From contig JBFOMH010000003.1 of the NCBI GenBank assembly GCA_040830765.1, positions 1-64,000 of the forward strand: DNA of 64,000 bases, written 5' to 3'. The stretch is from Puniceicoccaceae bacterium. Its GTDB lineage: Bacteria > Verrucomicrobiota > Verrucomicrobiia > Opitutales > Oceanipulchritudinaceae. This document shows positions 30,626 through 41,425 of the stretch, in pieces. The notes beneath the pieces were generated by a model that saw only the letters and a list, made by a program, of their open reading frames with translations, ran no database searches and was not told the origin of the DNA. Numbering within the stretch: position 1 is the first letter of the stretch; each line of letters opens with the position of its first letter. The position numbers and the translations under genes are program-made.

Positions 30626-30677
30626 CTCTTATCTGCCTCCGGATATCAATTAATTAAACCGTAAAACAACAATCGTC

Positions 30678-31364
30678 ATGAAAAACATCCTCAAATTCCT
30701 AACTGTAACAACCCTCATGGGCCTGCTCCTTTCTTCAGTGGCATTTGCCAAGAAGGACAACCCGGAGACTACCTTCGACGGCCTTGAGCGGGTCGCCAAG
30801 AGCAAGGCGGACTTGCTGTACGTCCTCCCTGCCGCCGATCTTTCCGGCTACAACCGGGTCATCATCCTGGAACCTGAAATCGCCTTCCGGAAGGACTGGC
30901 AATCAAACCAGAATTCCAGTCGCGGAGCAAACCGCATCAGCAATCGTGATATGGACCGGATGATTAAAGAGGGCCAGAAAATCTTTCTCGATGAATTCTC
31001 CAAGGTTCTGGAAAAGAAAGGTTATGCCACGGCAGAGGAGCCGGATGATGATGTCCTCCTGGTTCGCCCGGCCATTGTTGACCTTGACGTCAAGGCCCCG
31101 GACCCGAACAGGACAAATTCCATGTGGAACCGGGTCTACACCGAAAGTGCCGGAGACGCGACACTGGTAATCGAGCTTTACGATTCCGTGACCAAGCAGA
31201 TTCTCGTCCGTGCCGTTGACCACAAACGTGACATCGGCGATTCCTTCGGTTTCGGCGTGCCCCGGACGCAGCATACCAACATCATGGATGCCAGGGACGC
31301 TTTTGCCAGCTGGGCCCGGATGCTGGCCCGGGGACTCGACATGGCCAAAGAGGCCAAGGATTGA
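30678..31364 (+). CDS. Exported DUF3313-like protein
   Basis: Signal peptide AFA|K; FDGLERV, ATLVIELYDSVT..LVRAVD. Confidence 0.6.
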   Translation: MKNILKFLTVTTLMGLLLSSVAFAKKDNPETTFDGLERVAKSKADLLYVLPAADLSGYNRVIILEPEIAFRKDWQSNQNSSRGANRISNRDMDRMIKEGQKIFLDEFSKVLEKKGYATAEEPDDDVLLVRPAIVDLDVKAPDPNRTNSMWNRVYTESAGDATLVIELYDSVTKQILVRAVDHKRDIGDSFGFGVPRTQHTNIMDARDAFASWARMLARGLDMAKEAKD

Positions 31365-31389
31365 GCCGTAGCGGCAAACAAAAATTTTC

Positions 31390-31422
31390 ATCCGGCGGGG
31401 GGTCATCCCTGCCGGATTTTTT
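31390..31422 (+). terminator. Intrinsic terminator
   Basis: atccggcggg...cctgccggat hairpin followed by T run, between convergent genes. Confidence 0.7.
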
Positions 31423-33772
31423 ATGTCTGCTTCAGGGCAACCAGAAAGGCTGCTACATAGGAGCCGGTTCCAATGGCCCAGACGACACTTTGGCCTAAAT
31501 GCACCGCTGCAAGCACGGCCAGCGGGGCTGCAATGACCGATGTGAATCCATTGATTCCCCACGCCCACGCGATTTGGGGCCGGGAATCACTTAGTTGACT
31601 CAATCCCCACGGAAAGGCTCTGCCCAAGGCATAGGCAAGCGGTCCAAGGGCGACAACAATGAGGATCAGGCTACCAGCACCCGATATTCTCGACATCGGA
31701 GGCACCAGCCACTCAAGGACCGCCCAAGCAGCCAAGATGCACCCAAAAATGGGCAGGAATACCCTGCCAGCCACACCGGCCCCGGAATCCCTGGGCGTTG
31801 AGAAACTGCCCCATCCAGCCCCTGCGAGAAACACGAAAAACACCAGTGCAGCCGAGTATACCGGGTGTCCGACAAAGAGAACACCGCGTTGAAAGGCAGC
31901 CATTTCCAGCGACAGGAATCCCAAGCCCAGCGCCCCGAAGTAGGCCACAATCGACAAGGGTCCGAATGTTGCCTTCCTGCGGGGAAGACGGCCCAGCGGG
32001 AGCAGGATTAATGAAGCGGCAAGGATCGCAGCGACAATAAATTTCATTACCGAGACGAGAACGGACCAATCCAGCCAGATCAGTCCGTTCCGGCCCATTT
32101 CATTCAGCAGCTTCGGCAGCTTGGACCAGCGCATTGTTTTCCAGAAATGGGGCCTGTTGTCGGTGGGAACATTGCGGCTGTACCAGTCCGCTTCCTCAGG
32201 CAATTTGCCCACTCCGGAAAACAGGGCCAGCGCCGCCTCGTGGTAGACGGGCCGATCAAGGATGTGGAAGCGATTTGACTCAGCTGATTCCAGGCCCGGC
32301 AGGATGGAAATGTCAAACGATCCCCGGTGACAGAAGTTCCTTATCATCTCTAACTCCGGTGTACTCAAGCTATCCCGGAATACCATGAACAAGGCCTCTT
32401 CCATGGAACGGACCATCGCCAGGCGGCCCAGCGGATCCGCAATCTCCCGACGCACAAGCGTTGTGCGGATAAGTTCCAGCAAGCGAATCGCGTCCCTGGG
32501 GGGATTGGATAAATGTAGTGGAATGACCAGTACTCCATTTTCCTCCAGGGCCGAGTAGCAGGCTTCCATCCCCTCGACAGTCAGGAGATAATCGACATCC
32601 ACGGCGTCCCCACCCATCGAGGCACCGGTCAAGATAAGAAGACAGAATTCCTCATCGGTCTTATCCACATACTGCCGGGGAAACGAGTGTACCATGCGGG
32701 CACCAGGAAACATTTCCCGCTCGCGGTACAATTGCAGAATCGGTGCACTGCCATCCACAACAGTTATCTCCCGGGAGGGGCCATCCATGGGCAACATCCA
32801 GTCACTGGCCCCAAGGACAGCCACGGAGCCCTCAGGGCGGAGATAAAACGGCAGTGCGACAAGCGTTGATTGTGCGTATCCTGCGTGTTCGGACGCATCA
32901 CCCTTGCGCCAAACGGGTATGACCCTGTCAGCTTCAAGCACGGCCGCATCAACCGGCGGGAGGGGATGCTCCCACTGCACGCTAAGGCCGCGCCCAATGC
33001 GAATGCTCCCGGAGCGCACCACCGTTACGTCCGCCTGGACTCCGGGATGGCGGGAAATGATCTGCGCGTCCGGCAGGTCCAGCAAATAAGCCAGTTGCTT
33101 GAAATCGGAGATCCGAAGCGGGGCAACCCCCGAAAGCAGGACCGAAAGCAGCAGCAGAAAACCACCAAGGCCGATAAGGCCCAAACGGGGTGACCGGGAT
33201 CCCAAAATCCCGAATGCCCCAATGGCAACAAGGAGGCACAACGGAATTATCAGAAGCGCCTCCTCCAGATGAAAGAACGAAAGGACGATCAATGGCAGGA
33301 TGCAGCCAAGAGCGGAACCCAACAAACTGGCTCCATAAAGACGTGGAGTGGCCAAGGGCCAGCGCAGAAAGACCTGGCCAATGGAAACCGCCAGCCCGAG
33401 GAATGGGATAAACGCGATAAAGTCCAGCAGCAGCAACTTGAATAGTTCCCCACCGTCCCAAAGGGCGAACAAAGGCCGAACCAGTATCCAGCGGGGAAGC
33501 TGGAAGGCAGCAACCATGCCACCAGCTCCCAGCAAAAGTCCGGAAAGGAACAGACGGTCGCCCCACTTGACGGCCCGTTGGCCAAGCAGCGTCAATAACG
33601 TTCCAGCCACCCCGAATCCGAGCAGGGCCAAGGCCACTGCCAGCGAGGCGAAGTGATGCCACTGACTGAAGCTGAAGACCCGCAGAAGGATGATTTCCAG
33701 GGAGAGAACAGCCGCGGAGGCAACACCGACAAGCAGGTAATCCGCAAGGCGGGGCGAGCCCTCGCCTTTCAT
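31421..33772 (-). CDS. Multi-TM protein with central spermidine-synthase-like domain
   Basis: N- and C-terminal TM bundles; LLTVEG, PTDNRPHF, LGLGFLSLE, AWGINGFTSV. Confidence 0.7.
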   Translation of the reverse strand: MKGEGSPRLADYLLVGVASAAVLSLEIILLRVFSFSQWHHFASLAVALALLGFGVAGTLLTLLGQRAVKWGDRLFLSGLLLGAGGMVAAFQLPRWILVRPLFALWDGGELFKLLLLDFIAFIPFLGLAVSIGQVFLRWPLATPRLYGASLLGSALGCILPLIVLSFFHLEEALLIIPLCLLVAIGAFGILGSRSPRLGLIGLGGFLLLLSVLLSGVAPLRISDFKQLAYLLDLPDAQIISRHPGVQADVTVVRSGSIRIGRGLSVQWEHPLPPVDAAVLEADRVIPVWRKGDASEHAGYAQSTLVALPFYLRPEGSVAVLGASDWMLPMDGPSREITVVDGSAPILQLYREREMFPGARMVHSFPRQYVDKTDEEFCLLILTGASMGGDAVDVDYLLTVEGMEACYSALEENGVLVIPLHLSNPPRDAIRLLELIRTTLVRREIADPLGRLAMVRSMEEALFMVFRDSLSTPELEMIRNFCHRGSFDISILPGLESAESNRFHILDRPVYHEAALALFSGVGKLPEEADWYSRNVPTDNRPHFWKTMRWSKLPKLLNEMGRNGLIWLDWSVLVSVMKFIVAAILAASLILLPLGRLPRRKATFGPLSIVAYFGALGLGFLSLEMAAFQRGVLFVGHPVYSAALVFFVFLAGAGWGSFSTPRDSGAGVAGRVFLPIFGCILAAWAVLEWLVPPMSRISGAGSLILIVVALGPLAYALGRAFPWGLSQLSDSRPQIAWAWGINGFTSVIAAPLAVLAAVHLGQSVVWAIGTGSYVAAFLVALKQT

Positions 33773-34488
33773 CGCTTCTCCCTGGTCAAGGGAACAAAGC
33801 GAACAGGAAGCATGTTCCTTGTAGTGACAACGCCATCACGATCCTTCTCGACGAGGATCAGGTTTTGCGTCCATCCAGTTTCTCCGACGGGAATAACCAT
33901 GCGACCGCCGGGCTTGAGCTGGGCCAGCAAGGGAGGAGGGATGTGCTTTGCTGCCGCAGTCACGATAATGGCATCGTAAGGTCCGTCCGCCTCGTGTCCG
34001 AAATACCCGTCCTTGTGATGTACGGTTATGTTGCCAAACCCCAGGGTCGCGAGGTCTTCCCGGGCACGCCCGGCAAGGGCGGCTATGATTTCGACACTAA
34101 TCACCTTCTGGACAATCATCGCCAAGACGGCGGCCTGATATCCCGATCCGGTCCCGACTTCCAGGACAACATCTTCCGGCTCCAGTTCCAGCAGTTCCGT
34201 CATTCGGGCAACGATGTACGGTTGGGAAATCGTCTGCCCGTGGCCGATGGGCAGCGGGCGGTCTGCATAAGCACTTCCCCGGAGATTGCGGGGGATCAGC
34301 CGGTGCCGCGGAACGGCCCGCATGGCTTTAAGGACAGCGCTGTCCCGGACTCCCCTGCCCTCTATCTGCCGCGCAACCATGTCTTCACGCCCGGCCTTGA
34401 ATGGCTCCTCTGAGAAGTCGGGCGTTGGCGCGCCGATAAGGTTGAGCCAGGAAATAAGGATCAACAGACTGAAACAGCATCTACGCAT
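33769..34488 (-). CDS. pcm: Protein-L-isoaspartate O-methyltransferase
   Basis: AYADRPLPIGHGQTISQPY, VLEVGTGSGYQAA, PYDAIIVTAA, VRFVPL. Confidence 0.95.
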   Translation of the reverse strand: MRRCCFSLLILISWLNLIGAPTPDFSEEPFKAGREDMVARQIEGRGVRDSAVLKAMRAVPRHRLIPRNLRGSAYADRPLPIGHGQTISQPYIVARMTELLELEPEDVVLEVGTGSGYQAAVLAMIVQKVISVEIIAALAGRAREDLATLGFGNITVHHKDGYFGHEADGPYDAIIVTAAAKHIPPPLLAQLKPGGRMVIPVGETGWTQNLILVEKDRDGVVTTRNMLPVRFVPLTREKR

Positions 34489-34575
34489 GTTGGATTTCTC
34501 CATCAGCATGCTAAAGCATCCCGCTGGCAGGAGCAAGGATTATGGAGAGCAGACTCTCCGGTCACAGGGGATGGC

Positions 34576-35139
34576 TCAAATGCCGGGCCACAACCAGCCG
34601 AACACTCCCGCCGTCAGCAATGAATAAATCAATCCATCCAGCATCGACTTGAGGGTGGAGCTCCACTTTTTGGCATACCAGATTGAGTTCTGCGCCAAGG
34701 CGACGGCATAGCCGATGAAAGCCGTGCAACCAGCAATCTGGAATACCTTCATGTAATGGGCACCTTCCGGCAGCGCCGCTCCGGCAATGTAGGCCGCAAG
34801 GACGCTCACGACGAGGCAATAGATGAACCATTGGGCCAGGCTGGAACCCATGTTCCAGGGACCGTTCTTCATCACGGTCACCAGGGCCACGGGCCCTTCC
34901 TCCATCTTTTTCATGAACGCTTCATCCTTCATCGCATTGCCACTGCTGCAGTGCGGAATCATGTAATCCCCGGGGGGAATGTTGAACTTTCCCAGGGATT
35001 CACGGACATCGTCCTCGGAGGGGACTCCAGAAAAGTCGGACCGGTGATAGGTCAGGAACATGTGGATTGCCCAACTGGCAAAAAATACCAGCACCGTGGA
35101 CACAAGAATCGGTAACCAGAGAGAGAGTATGCTAACCAT
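34576..35139 (-). CDS. Conserved hypothetical membrane protein
   Basis: 187 aa with about 4 TM segments; fills the gap with an upstream GAGG-type RBS. Confidence 0.65.
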   Translation of the reverse strand: MVSILSLWLPILVSTVLVFFASWAIHMFLTYHRSDFSGVPSEDDVRESLGKFNIPPGDYMIPHCSSGNAMKDEAFMKKMEEGPVALVTVMKNGPWNMGSSLAQWFIYCLVVSVLAAYIAGAALPEGAHYMKVFQIAGCTAFIGYAVALAQNSIWYAKKWSSTLKSMLDGLIYSLLTAGVFGWLWPGI

Positions 35140-35290
35140 TTTTACCTCCTTAATAGTGAGTAGTGATTCGAGAAGGTCTCGACAATACCCAGCTCCGGTC
35201 CTGATTCAATGCAATTCCGCAAGCCCGGGTTTGGGATTGCCGGAGAGCTGGTCGGCACTATAGCATCGCACCACTCTCCACGGCTCGAGC

Positions 35291-37111
35291 ATGAAGCGAA
35301 CGCATCCATACGATCCCATTCAGTGGACCTCTCTGTTCCTCATTATCCTGCTTGTAGCCGTCCTCGGTGGTTGCCGTTCACCCGCTGATGTTGCTCCCCC
35401 GCCAAATCCCGGGCCAGCACCCGATATCCAGAGGGACAAGCGGCTGAGCGGAGATAATCCACAAGCCTCGAGGATTCTGGACTCAGCCGCCGAAGAAGCC
35501 GGGTCGCACCGCATCATCCTCCTTGAGTCGGGCGATGACGCCCTGCTGGCAAGGATCCACCTCATTCGTTCAGCCCGTGAATCCATCGACATCCAGACCT
35601 TCATCTGGGTCTATGACCGAAGCGGGCAATGGGTCTACCGGGAACTGCTGGAAGCCGCCCGTCGTGGTGTCAAGGTAAGGCTGCTCATTGACCAGTTCAT
35701 CAATCCCGAGCTACCGGCGGAGGAATACGCTGCCATCGCCACCGCCCATGAAAACCTGGAAATCCGGCTCTTCAGGCCCCTCACTGTAAATGCCATCAAC
35801 CGGCAATGGGACGTCACCCGACGCACCTTCACCCGCTTTGCGACGATGAACCACCGGATGCATCACAAGGTTTTCCTTGTTGACGGGCAGGCGGCCATTC
35901 TCGGCGGACGCAATTACCAGGACGCTTATTTCGACCGGGACTCCACGCTCAGTTTTCGGGATCGGGATGTCCTCGTAATGGGCCCCGCCTGCGACGACAT
36001 CAGCCGCTTTTTCGAACTCTTCTGGCAGCATGAGATGTCCTTCGAGGCAAGCCGGATGAAGGACCTCAAGAAAGCCCTTGAAACGGATGCGGCCCGTTTG
36101 CCGGATTCCCTCGAAGCCCCGCTGGACCCGATATTCCATGAGGACGACCTGCTGGCCAACCTCTATGATTTGAGAGCTATCCGGCCAACATTCAAGGAAT
36201 GGGTGGTCGGCAAAATCGAGTACATCTCCGACAAGCCGATCAAGGTCACTCAATACAGCAATCCGGGATTCCTCAATCCCTTCGCCAGCCTGAGGAATTT
36301 CATCGCCGAGGCAGACACTGAGGTTCTTATCCAGACTCCTTACTCGGTATTTGAGGACCGGACCTACAAGCGGTGGCGCAAGATTCGCAAGCAACGGCCG
36401 GAAGTCCGGGTCTGCCTCTCGACCAACAGTCTCTCATCCGCCGACCACGTCTATGTCGGCAGCATGGCCCTGAAACAGCGGCGGGCACAGATTGAGAGCC
36501 TCGGCATCGAGCTCTACCTTGCCAAGCCGGTTCCCGGGGACATCCGGGAGATGGTCCCTCGCTACGAAACATTGCTCCATGAGTCTGCCTCATCCCTTGA
36601 TCCGGACTGGGAAGAGGATCCGGAAATCATGCAACTGGACATTGAGGGTCCGCGCTTTTGCATCCATGCCAAGACGATGATCTTCGACCGCAAGATCAGT
36701 TTTATCGGCTCGCACAACTTTGATCCCCGTTCCATGAACCTGAACACGGAATGCGGTGTCGTCATCCGGGATGTCGCCTTTTCGCGGTATCTGGCGGAAT
36801 TTTACGACCGGGCGATCCATCCGGACAACAGTTGGGTCGTGGCCCCGAGGGATTTTGCGCCGATCGTCGGGGAAGTGAACAGTTTTATTGGCCTCGTCTC
36901 CACCAGCTTGCCCCTGTTCGACATCTGGCCGCTGGAGCATGTCTCCTGTTATGAAATGCTTGAAGGGGCGGAACCTCTCTCACCCTACGACGAGTCCTTC
37001 CACGAAAGCTATGAGGATGTTGGCCCCTTCCCCGGACTGGACCTTGGACTCGAACCCGTCAAGGTTCGACTCCTGAGGGCCATTGGGGATCCGGCAGTCC
37101 CCCTGATGTAG
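35291..37111 (+). CDS. Phospholipase D family lipoprotein (ClsC/YmdC-like)
   Basis: Lipobox LGG|C; two HKD motifs (HHKVFLVD, HAKTMIFD); GGRN; GSHNFDPRS. Confidence 0.9.
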   Translation: MKRTHPYDPIQWTSLFLIILLVAVLGGCRSPADVAPPPNPGPAPDIQRDKRLSGDNPQASRILDSAAEEAGSHRIILLESGDDALLARIHLIRSARESIDIQTFIWVYDRSGQWVYRELLEAARRGVKVRLLIDQFINPELPAEEYAAIATAHENLEIRLFRPLTVNAINRQWDVTRRTFTRFATMNHRMHHKVFLVDGQAAILGGRNYQDAYFDRDSTLSFRDRDVLVMGPACDDISRFFELFWQHEMSFEASRMKDLKKALETDAARLPDSLEAPLDPIFHEDDLLANLYDLRAIRPTFKEWVVGKIEYISDKPIKVTQYSNPGFLNPFASLRNFIAEADTEVLIQTPYSVFEDRTYKRWRKIRKQRPEVRVCLSTNSLSSADHVYVGSMALKQRRAQIESLGIELYLAKPVPGDIREMVPRYETLLHESASSLDPDWEEDPEIMQLDIEGPRFCIHAKTMIFDRKISFIGSHNFDPRSMNLNTECGVVIRDVAFSRYLAEFYDRAIHPDNSWVVAPRDFAPIVGEVNSFIGLVSTSLPLFDIWPLEHVSCYEMLEGAEPLSPYDESFHESYEDVGPFPGLDLGLEPVKVRLLRAIGDPAVPLM

Positions 37112-37135
37112 CCAATTTTGGCTACAGTTGGCAAT

Positions 37136-37795
37136 TCATTCCAACCCGTCCCGGGCAATGTTCTGGAAGTCCGTCTGGTTGACGAAGCCCTTCTGCATGG
37201 CGTAACGGATCAATTCGACCGTTGAGTGCAGTCCCAACTTGCGCATGATGCGCGCCTTGTGGTTCTGCACGCTGACCGGCCGCAGGTTCAGGCTCTCGGC
37301 AATCCGCTCGTTGGAGGCACCGGCCCCGAAGTAACGGAGCAGTTCCTGTTCCCGCTCGGTCAGGATTTTTGAAAACGCCAGGGGGTCCGTCTTCTGGATA
37401 AGCATGTTCTGCTGCACCGTGGCGGCATAATAGCAATTTCCTTCCCCAAGTTGCTGCACCGCTTTCTTCAGTTCCTCAATGGACTCGGTGTTCTTGTCAA
37501 CGAATCCAAACAGGCCGGTCATGAAGACCCGGTAGAGGGTGTACTCGTCGGTGCGTCCCGAGACACCGAGGATCCGCAGCTTGGGATTGACCTTGAGCAT
37601 GCGGTTGGCCAAGTCCAGACCGCTCCCGTCCGGCAGCTCAATATCGAGAATGGCGACATCCGGATTGTATTTTTCAAAGGCCTTCCACCCATCCTTGATA
37701 GTCTGGCAAGTGGCCACCAGTTCGAATTTTTCGGTCAGGCAATTACTGACCAGATCGATGCCCAGCTTTTGATCTTCAATGATGATGGTTTTCAT
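37136..37795 (-). CDS. NarL/LuxR-family response regulator
   Basis: IIEDQ, LDIELPDGSG, GFVDK; HTH LTEREQE..SNERIAESL..VQNHKARIMRKLG; ATGA overlap with kinase stop. Confidence 0.93.
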   Translation of the reverse strand: MKTIIIEDQKLGIDLVSNCLTEKFELVATCQTIKDGWKAFEKYNPDVAILDIELPDGSGLDLANRMLKVNPKLRILGVSGRTDEYTLYRVFMTGLFGFVDKNTESIEELKKAVQQLGEGNCYYAATVQQNMLIQKTDPLAFSKILTEREQELLRYFGAGASNERIAESLNLRPVSVQNHKARIMRKLGLHSTVELIRYAMQKGFVNQTDFQNIARDGLE

Positions 37796-40700
37796 GACCG
37801 TCTCCATTTCCGCAGTTCCAGTAGCCCTACGTGTATCTCGTCCATGTCACCGTTCTGGGCGGACACTTGTAAGTCACGACATACCTGCTGCATGGCGCGA
37901 TTATTCCGGATCATGGCGAGGGTAGTCAAGCGATGGGCGCATCGACGGAGATTTTCCCACTCGTAGCGGTCTCCGTAAAGGAGGCATTCGTCGATATGTT
38001 TGTAAATTTCCTCCATCACCTCATCGGCGGCTACCATATCGGTGGTGCTGGCGAGCTCCGGCTTGTAATTCTGGATATTGGCCAGACAGTAGGCCAGGCG
38101 GGCAGCTGTCAGTGGCTTGCTGATATAGCCATTCATGCCCGCTTCCTCGCTTTCGCGCTTTTTCTCCCCATCGGTATAGGCCGTTACGGCGACCAGGATA
38201 ACCTCGTCATCAGGATCCTTCTTGCGGTGGCGGCGGGCGATTTCCGGGCCGGTCAACCCGGGAAGGTCCCAATCCAGCAGGGCAAGGTAGTAGTCGTTCT
38301 TCTCCAGCTGTTCGAGGGCATCCCGGCCGTTCTCAGCCTCGTCGCAGGAACAACCAATGGTCTCAAAGAACTCCACCACCGAACGGCGGTTGTAGACCAG
38401 GTCATCCACGACGAGAATCTTTTTACCCTTCAACTGGGCCAGGACCGCCTCCTTGTCGAGCTCGGTGGCTCCCTCGACACGATCGAAGCGCCCCTTGAGG
38501 ACAAAGCGGCAACCGGAAGGTTGATTGTCTTCCAGCCGCAAGTGTCCCCCCATGGCATGGGCGATTTCCTGACAAATGGACAATCCCAGTCCCGTCCCGT
38601 GCTTCCCGCTTTCCACACCGCTTTCACCCCGGTAGAAGCGCTCAAAAATGAATTCGCGTTCGGACTCGTCAATGCCGATGCCCCAGTCGGCAACATACAG
38701 TTCAAGGTCGACTTCATGGTCGGTGATGTTGATGCAGGTGGCTCCAATCTCCACCCGGTCCGACTCCGCGTACTGGAGGGCATTAACCAGCAGGTTGCTC
38801 AAAATCTTGATCATCCAGTTCCGGTCTGTCCGGATGACGACATCAGCCAGTTCCGGGGAAATGACCGTGTTCAGGTTCACCATCTCATGCTGAAGGCTGA
38901 ACTGGTTCTGTTTCACCGAGCTCTCGATCAGGTCGTGGATGGAAACAGGTATGAAGGCCGTCGGGATGTTTTTCTGATCAATGGCCGAAAAGTCGAGGAT
39001 CTCACCCAGCATCCGGTCAACAATGACTCCGAATTCGGTCAGGTCCTTCAAGCGGGGATCATCTCCGGATTCCGGTGGATTCCTGGTCAGGGTCTCGGTA
39101 ATCATGAGAACCCCGTTCAAGGGATTGCGGATGTCATGCGACAAGCCGGCGAGGAAGTTAGTCCGAGCTGCGGTGGCGGCCTCCAATTCCCGTGTCTGTT
39201 TCTTGACCTCGCTTTGCAACCAGAGGTTGGTCCGCTTCAATTGCGCCGAACGCAGGGCGAACAAGCCCCAGAAAAAGAAGAGGGCCGCCACGACCATGAC
39301 TCCCTGGTAGATGGGATTCAAGTACCAGGGCGGGGCGATCCCGAATTGCACCAGCTTGGAGGAGGAAACATTTCCATTCGGGTGCATGGCCCGCAACTCC
39401 ACCGTGAAGTTGCCATGCCCGGCAAACTGCAGGGACGGATCCTGCAAATTGACGTTTCGCCACCGCTGCTCGTTGATGCGGTACTGGACGATGCTGGGAA
39501 TGTCCGGCTCGGAGAAATTCACCTGCAGGTCAATGAAGTGCATGCCGCTGGGAATGGTCCGGTCCTCGATGCGCTTGTCTTCCAGCAGCAGGGCAAACTC
39601 GACCCGGGGTGCCGCCGCTCGGGACAATTCCGGAACCGCATACCAACCGACACCATGCGCCCCGACGATGCCCAGCCGCTCACCCCCACCCATCAGGCCA
39701 ATTGCTTCCCCGGCCTGCTCCAGGAACGGAACGGTCATCATGATGTTGCCGGCGTCGGAATACATGCCGACGGCAAGGTTTCGCGTGGCTGGATCTTCAA
39801 AAAGGACATAGGTATCCTCGCCCGAGTTACTGAGTGACCTGACGGTCCATCCTGGTGCCAGGGGGAAGCGTTCCAGCGATTCACCCCTCCATCGATAGAC
39901 AACCGTCGGGGAGGCCAGCCAGACCGCATTCTCACCCGCCGCATGGGCAATGATGACGTCCTCCATCTTGTAGGGGAGCTCCACTGAGCGCCATCCGGAC
40001 CCTTCCCGGATTAACTGCAGAATCTGCTTGCCCCCGATGAGGGCGTAAAAGCCGGAATCCAATTCTCCAATCAGCTCAATCTGGCGCTCATCCTTGTGAA
40101 TCAGTTCGAGTTCGAATGTGTCGGAAACTGAGTAGATTCCCTCCACCCCAAGGGCAAAGCCCGTTGATTGGCCCCACTTGAAGCTGGATATCGGTTGGGT
40201 GAGCTCTCTTACCGACCAATCTTCTCCATTAAATTCTTCGTAAATATTAACTGCTCCCATCACTGGGAGGCCGTCCTTGTCAACATCCACCCAGCTCGCC
40301 GTCCGCAGGAGTTCACCTTTCTCATAACCATCATTATCCAACCGGATCCAACCCTCATCCAGAAAGAGAAAGCCTGCCTCTTCCCCAGCCAGAAAATGCC
40401 GGACACTGTCCCCTTCCCAAAGCTCCCCGGAAGGGAAAAACTTGGACTCCCTGCTGAAGTCAACCACCCCCACGCCCTTGTCACCAAGCATGGCGATCCG
40501 GGTTTTATCAAGGGCCCGGATCTTGAAAACATCGCCCAGATCCAGCTTTTCATCGCTGCTAACGCTTTCACTGATGCGTTCCAGTGACCGGTTCCATACC
40601 GCCACCCCGAGCGGGTACTCAGTAATGGCGATATAATCGCCAAGACCCGCTGAATTATTGATGCCCTTCTTGAAAAAGTCCCCGTAGTTGGAATTGATAA

Positions 40701-41406
40701 GAACCGGTTCATCGTTCTTCTTTCCCGACCAGTAATATACCCCGAAATTGGTCCCGAAGGTGTACTTCTCCCCGGTCCTTTCGAGCCAGGCGACCAGTTC
40801 TCCGTCCGTCATTTCAATGGGAAGGATAAGTTCCCGGCCTTCGGCCGTTATGCGCCAGATACCAGAACCTGACCCGACATACAAAAACGGATTTTCCGCA
40901 TCGGCATGGTAGACTACCGGCCGGGGATTAAAGGTCTCTTTCCAGTGCTGTCCGACTTGGAACGTATCTGGCTCGATCCATCCAAATCCCTCTGAAGCAA
41001 TATACCACAAACGGTCCAGGTACCACTCCAACGACCATACAAAACCGACTTCAAGGGTTGAGAATCCGACAAGTTTTCCCGATCTGTCGAAGCCGCCAAC
41101 ACCGGCGGAATCAGCAAACCAGAGTGTGTTTCCATTCGGTGAAACGGCGAGTGCGGTAACGCGCCCGGAGGGCCGTATTGTCTCCCACTGGTCACCGCTG
41201 AGCCGATACAATCCCTCCCCTGCGAGCCATATATCATCCGCGAACAGGCTGACATCATGATAGCTTGCCGGCGGCACCGATTCGAGCTTTTCGGCGAAGC
41301 GGTAGGCGGGACCCGTTAATGGATCCGCAATCAGGACGTTGATAAAATTTAATCCAACGAGGAATAGGAACTGTGGAAATATGGATGAAGACATTTTTTT
41401 AAACAT
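37792..41406 (-). CDS. Hybrid sensor histidine kinase (large propeller-like periplasmic sensor, Y_Y_Y-like, TM, HisKA, HATPase, REC, HPt-like)
   Basis: FLAGLSHDIRNPLN, NLLVNA, DWGIGI, GTGLGL, VVDD..LLDWDLP..SKP, C-terminal RCAHRL; start probably 41406 or 41394, not 41562. Confidence 0.92.
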   Translation of the reverse strand: MFKKMSSSIFPQFLFLVGLNFINVLIADPLTGPAYRFAEKLESVPPASYHDVSLFADDIWLAGEGLYRLSGDQWETIRPSGRVTALAVSPNGNTLWFADSAGVGGFDRSGKLVGFSTLEVGFVWSLEWYLDRLWYIASEGFGWIEPDTFQVGQHWKETFNPRPVVYHADAENPFLYVGSGSGIWRITAEGRELILPIEMTDGELVAWLERTGEKYTFGTNFGVYYWSGKKNDEPVLINSNYGDFFKKGINNSAGLGDYIAITEYPLGVAVWNRSLERISESVSSDEKLDLGDVFKIRALDKTRIAMLGDKGVGVVDFSRESKFFPSGELWEGDSVRHFLAGEEAGFLFLDEGWIRLDNDGYEKGELLRTASWVDVDKDGLPVMGAVNIYEEFNGEDWSVRELTQPISSFKWGQSTGFALGVEGIYSVSDTFELELIHKDERQIELIGELDSGFYALIGGKQILQLIREGSGWRSVELPYKMEDVIIAHAAGENAVWLASPTVVYRWRGESLERFPLAPGWTVRSLSNSGEDTYVLFEDPATRNLAVGMYSDAGNIMMTVPFLEQAGEAIGLMGGGERLGIVGAHGVGWYAVPELSRAAAPRVEFALLLEDKRIEDRTIPSGMHFIDLQVNFSEPDIPSIVQYRINEQRWRNVNLQDPSLQFAGHGNFTVELRAMHPNGNVSSSKLVQFGIAPPWYLNPIYQGVMVVAALFFFWGLFALRSAQLKRTNLWLQSEVKKQTRELEAATAARTNFLAGLSHDIRNPLNGVLMITETLTRNPPESGDDPRLKDLTEFGVIVDRMLGEILDFSAIDQKNIPTAFIPVSIHDLIESSVKQNQFSLQHEMVNLNTVISPELADVVIRTDRNWMIKILSNLLVNALQYAESDRVEIGATCINITDHEVDLELYVADWGIGIDESEREFIFERFYRGESGVESGKHGTGLGLSICQEIAHAMGGHLRLEDNQPSGCRFVLKGRFDRVEGATELDKEAVLAQLKGKKILVVDDLVYNRRSVVEFFETIGCSCDEAENGRDALEQLEKNDYYLALLDWDLPGLTGPEIARRHRKKDPDDEVILVAVTAYTDGEKKRESEEAGMNGYISKPLTAARLAYCLANIQNYKPELASTTDMVAADEVMEEIYKHIDECLLYGDRYEWENLRRCAHRLTTLAMIRNNRAMQQVCRDLQVSAQNGDMDEIHVGLLELRKWRRS

Positions 41407-41425
41407 ACTGTAAAAATGGAGCCCT

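Noticed and set aside
37933..39837. 634-aa plus-strand ORF and other long antisense ORFs (e.g. 13626..14906, 12501..13439)
   Set aside because: Shadow frames of well-supported genes in GC-rich DNA; no recognisable motifs.
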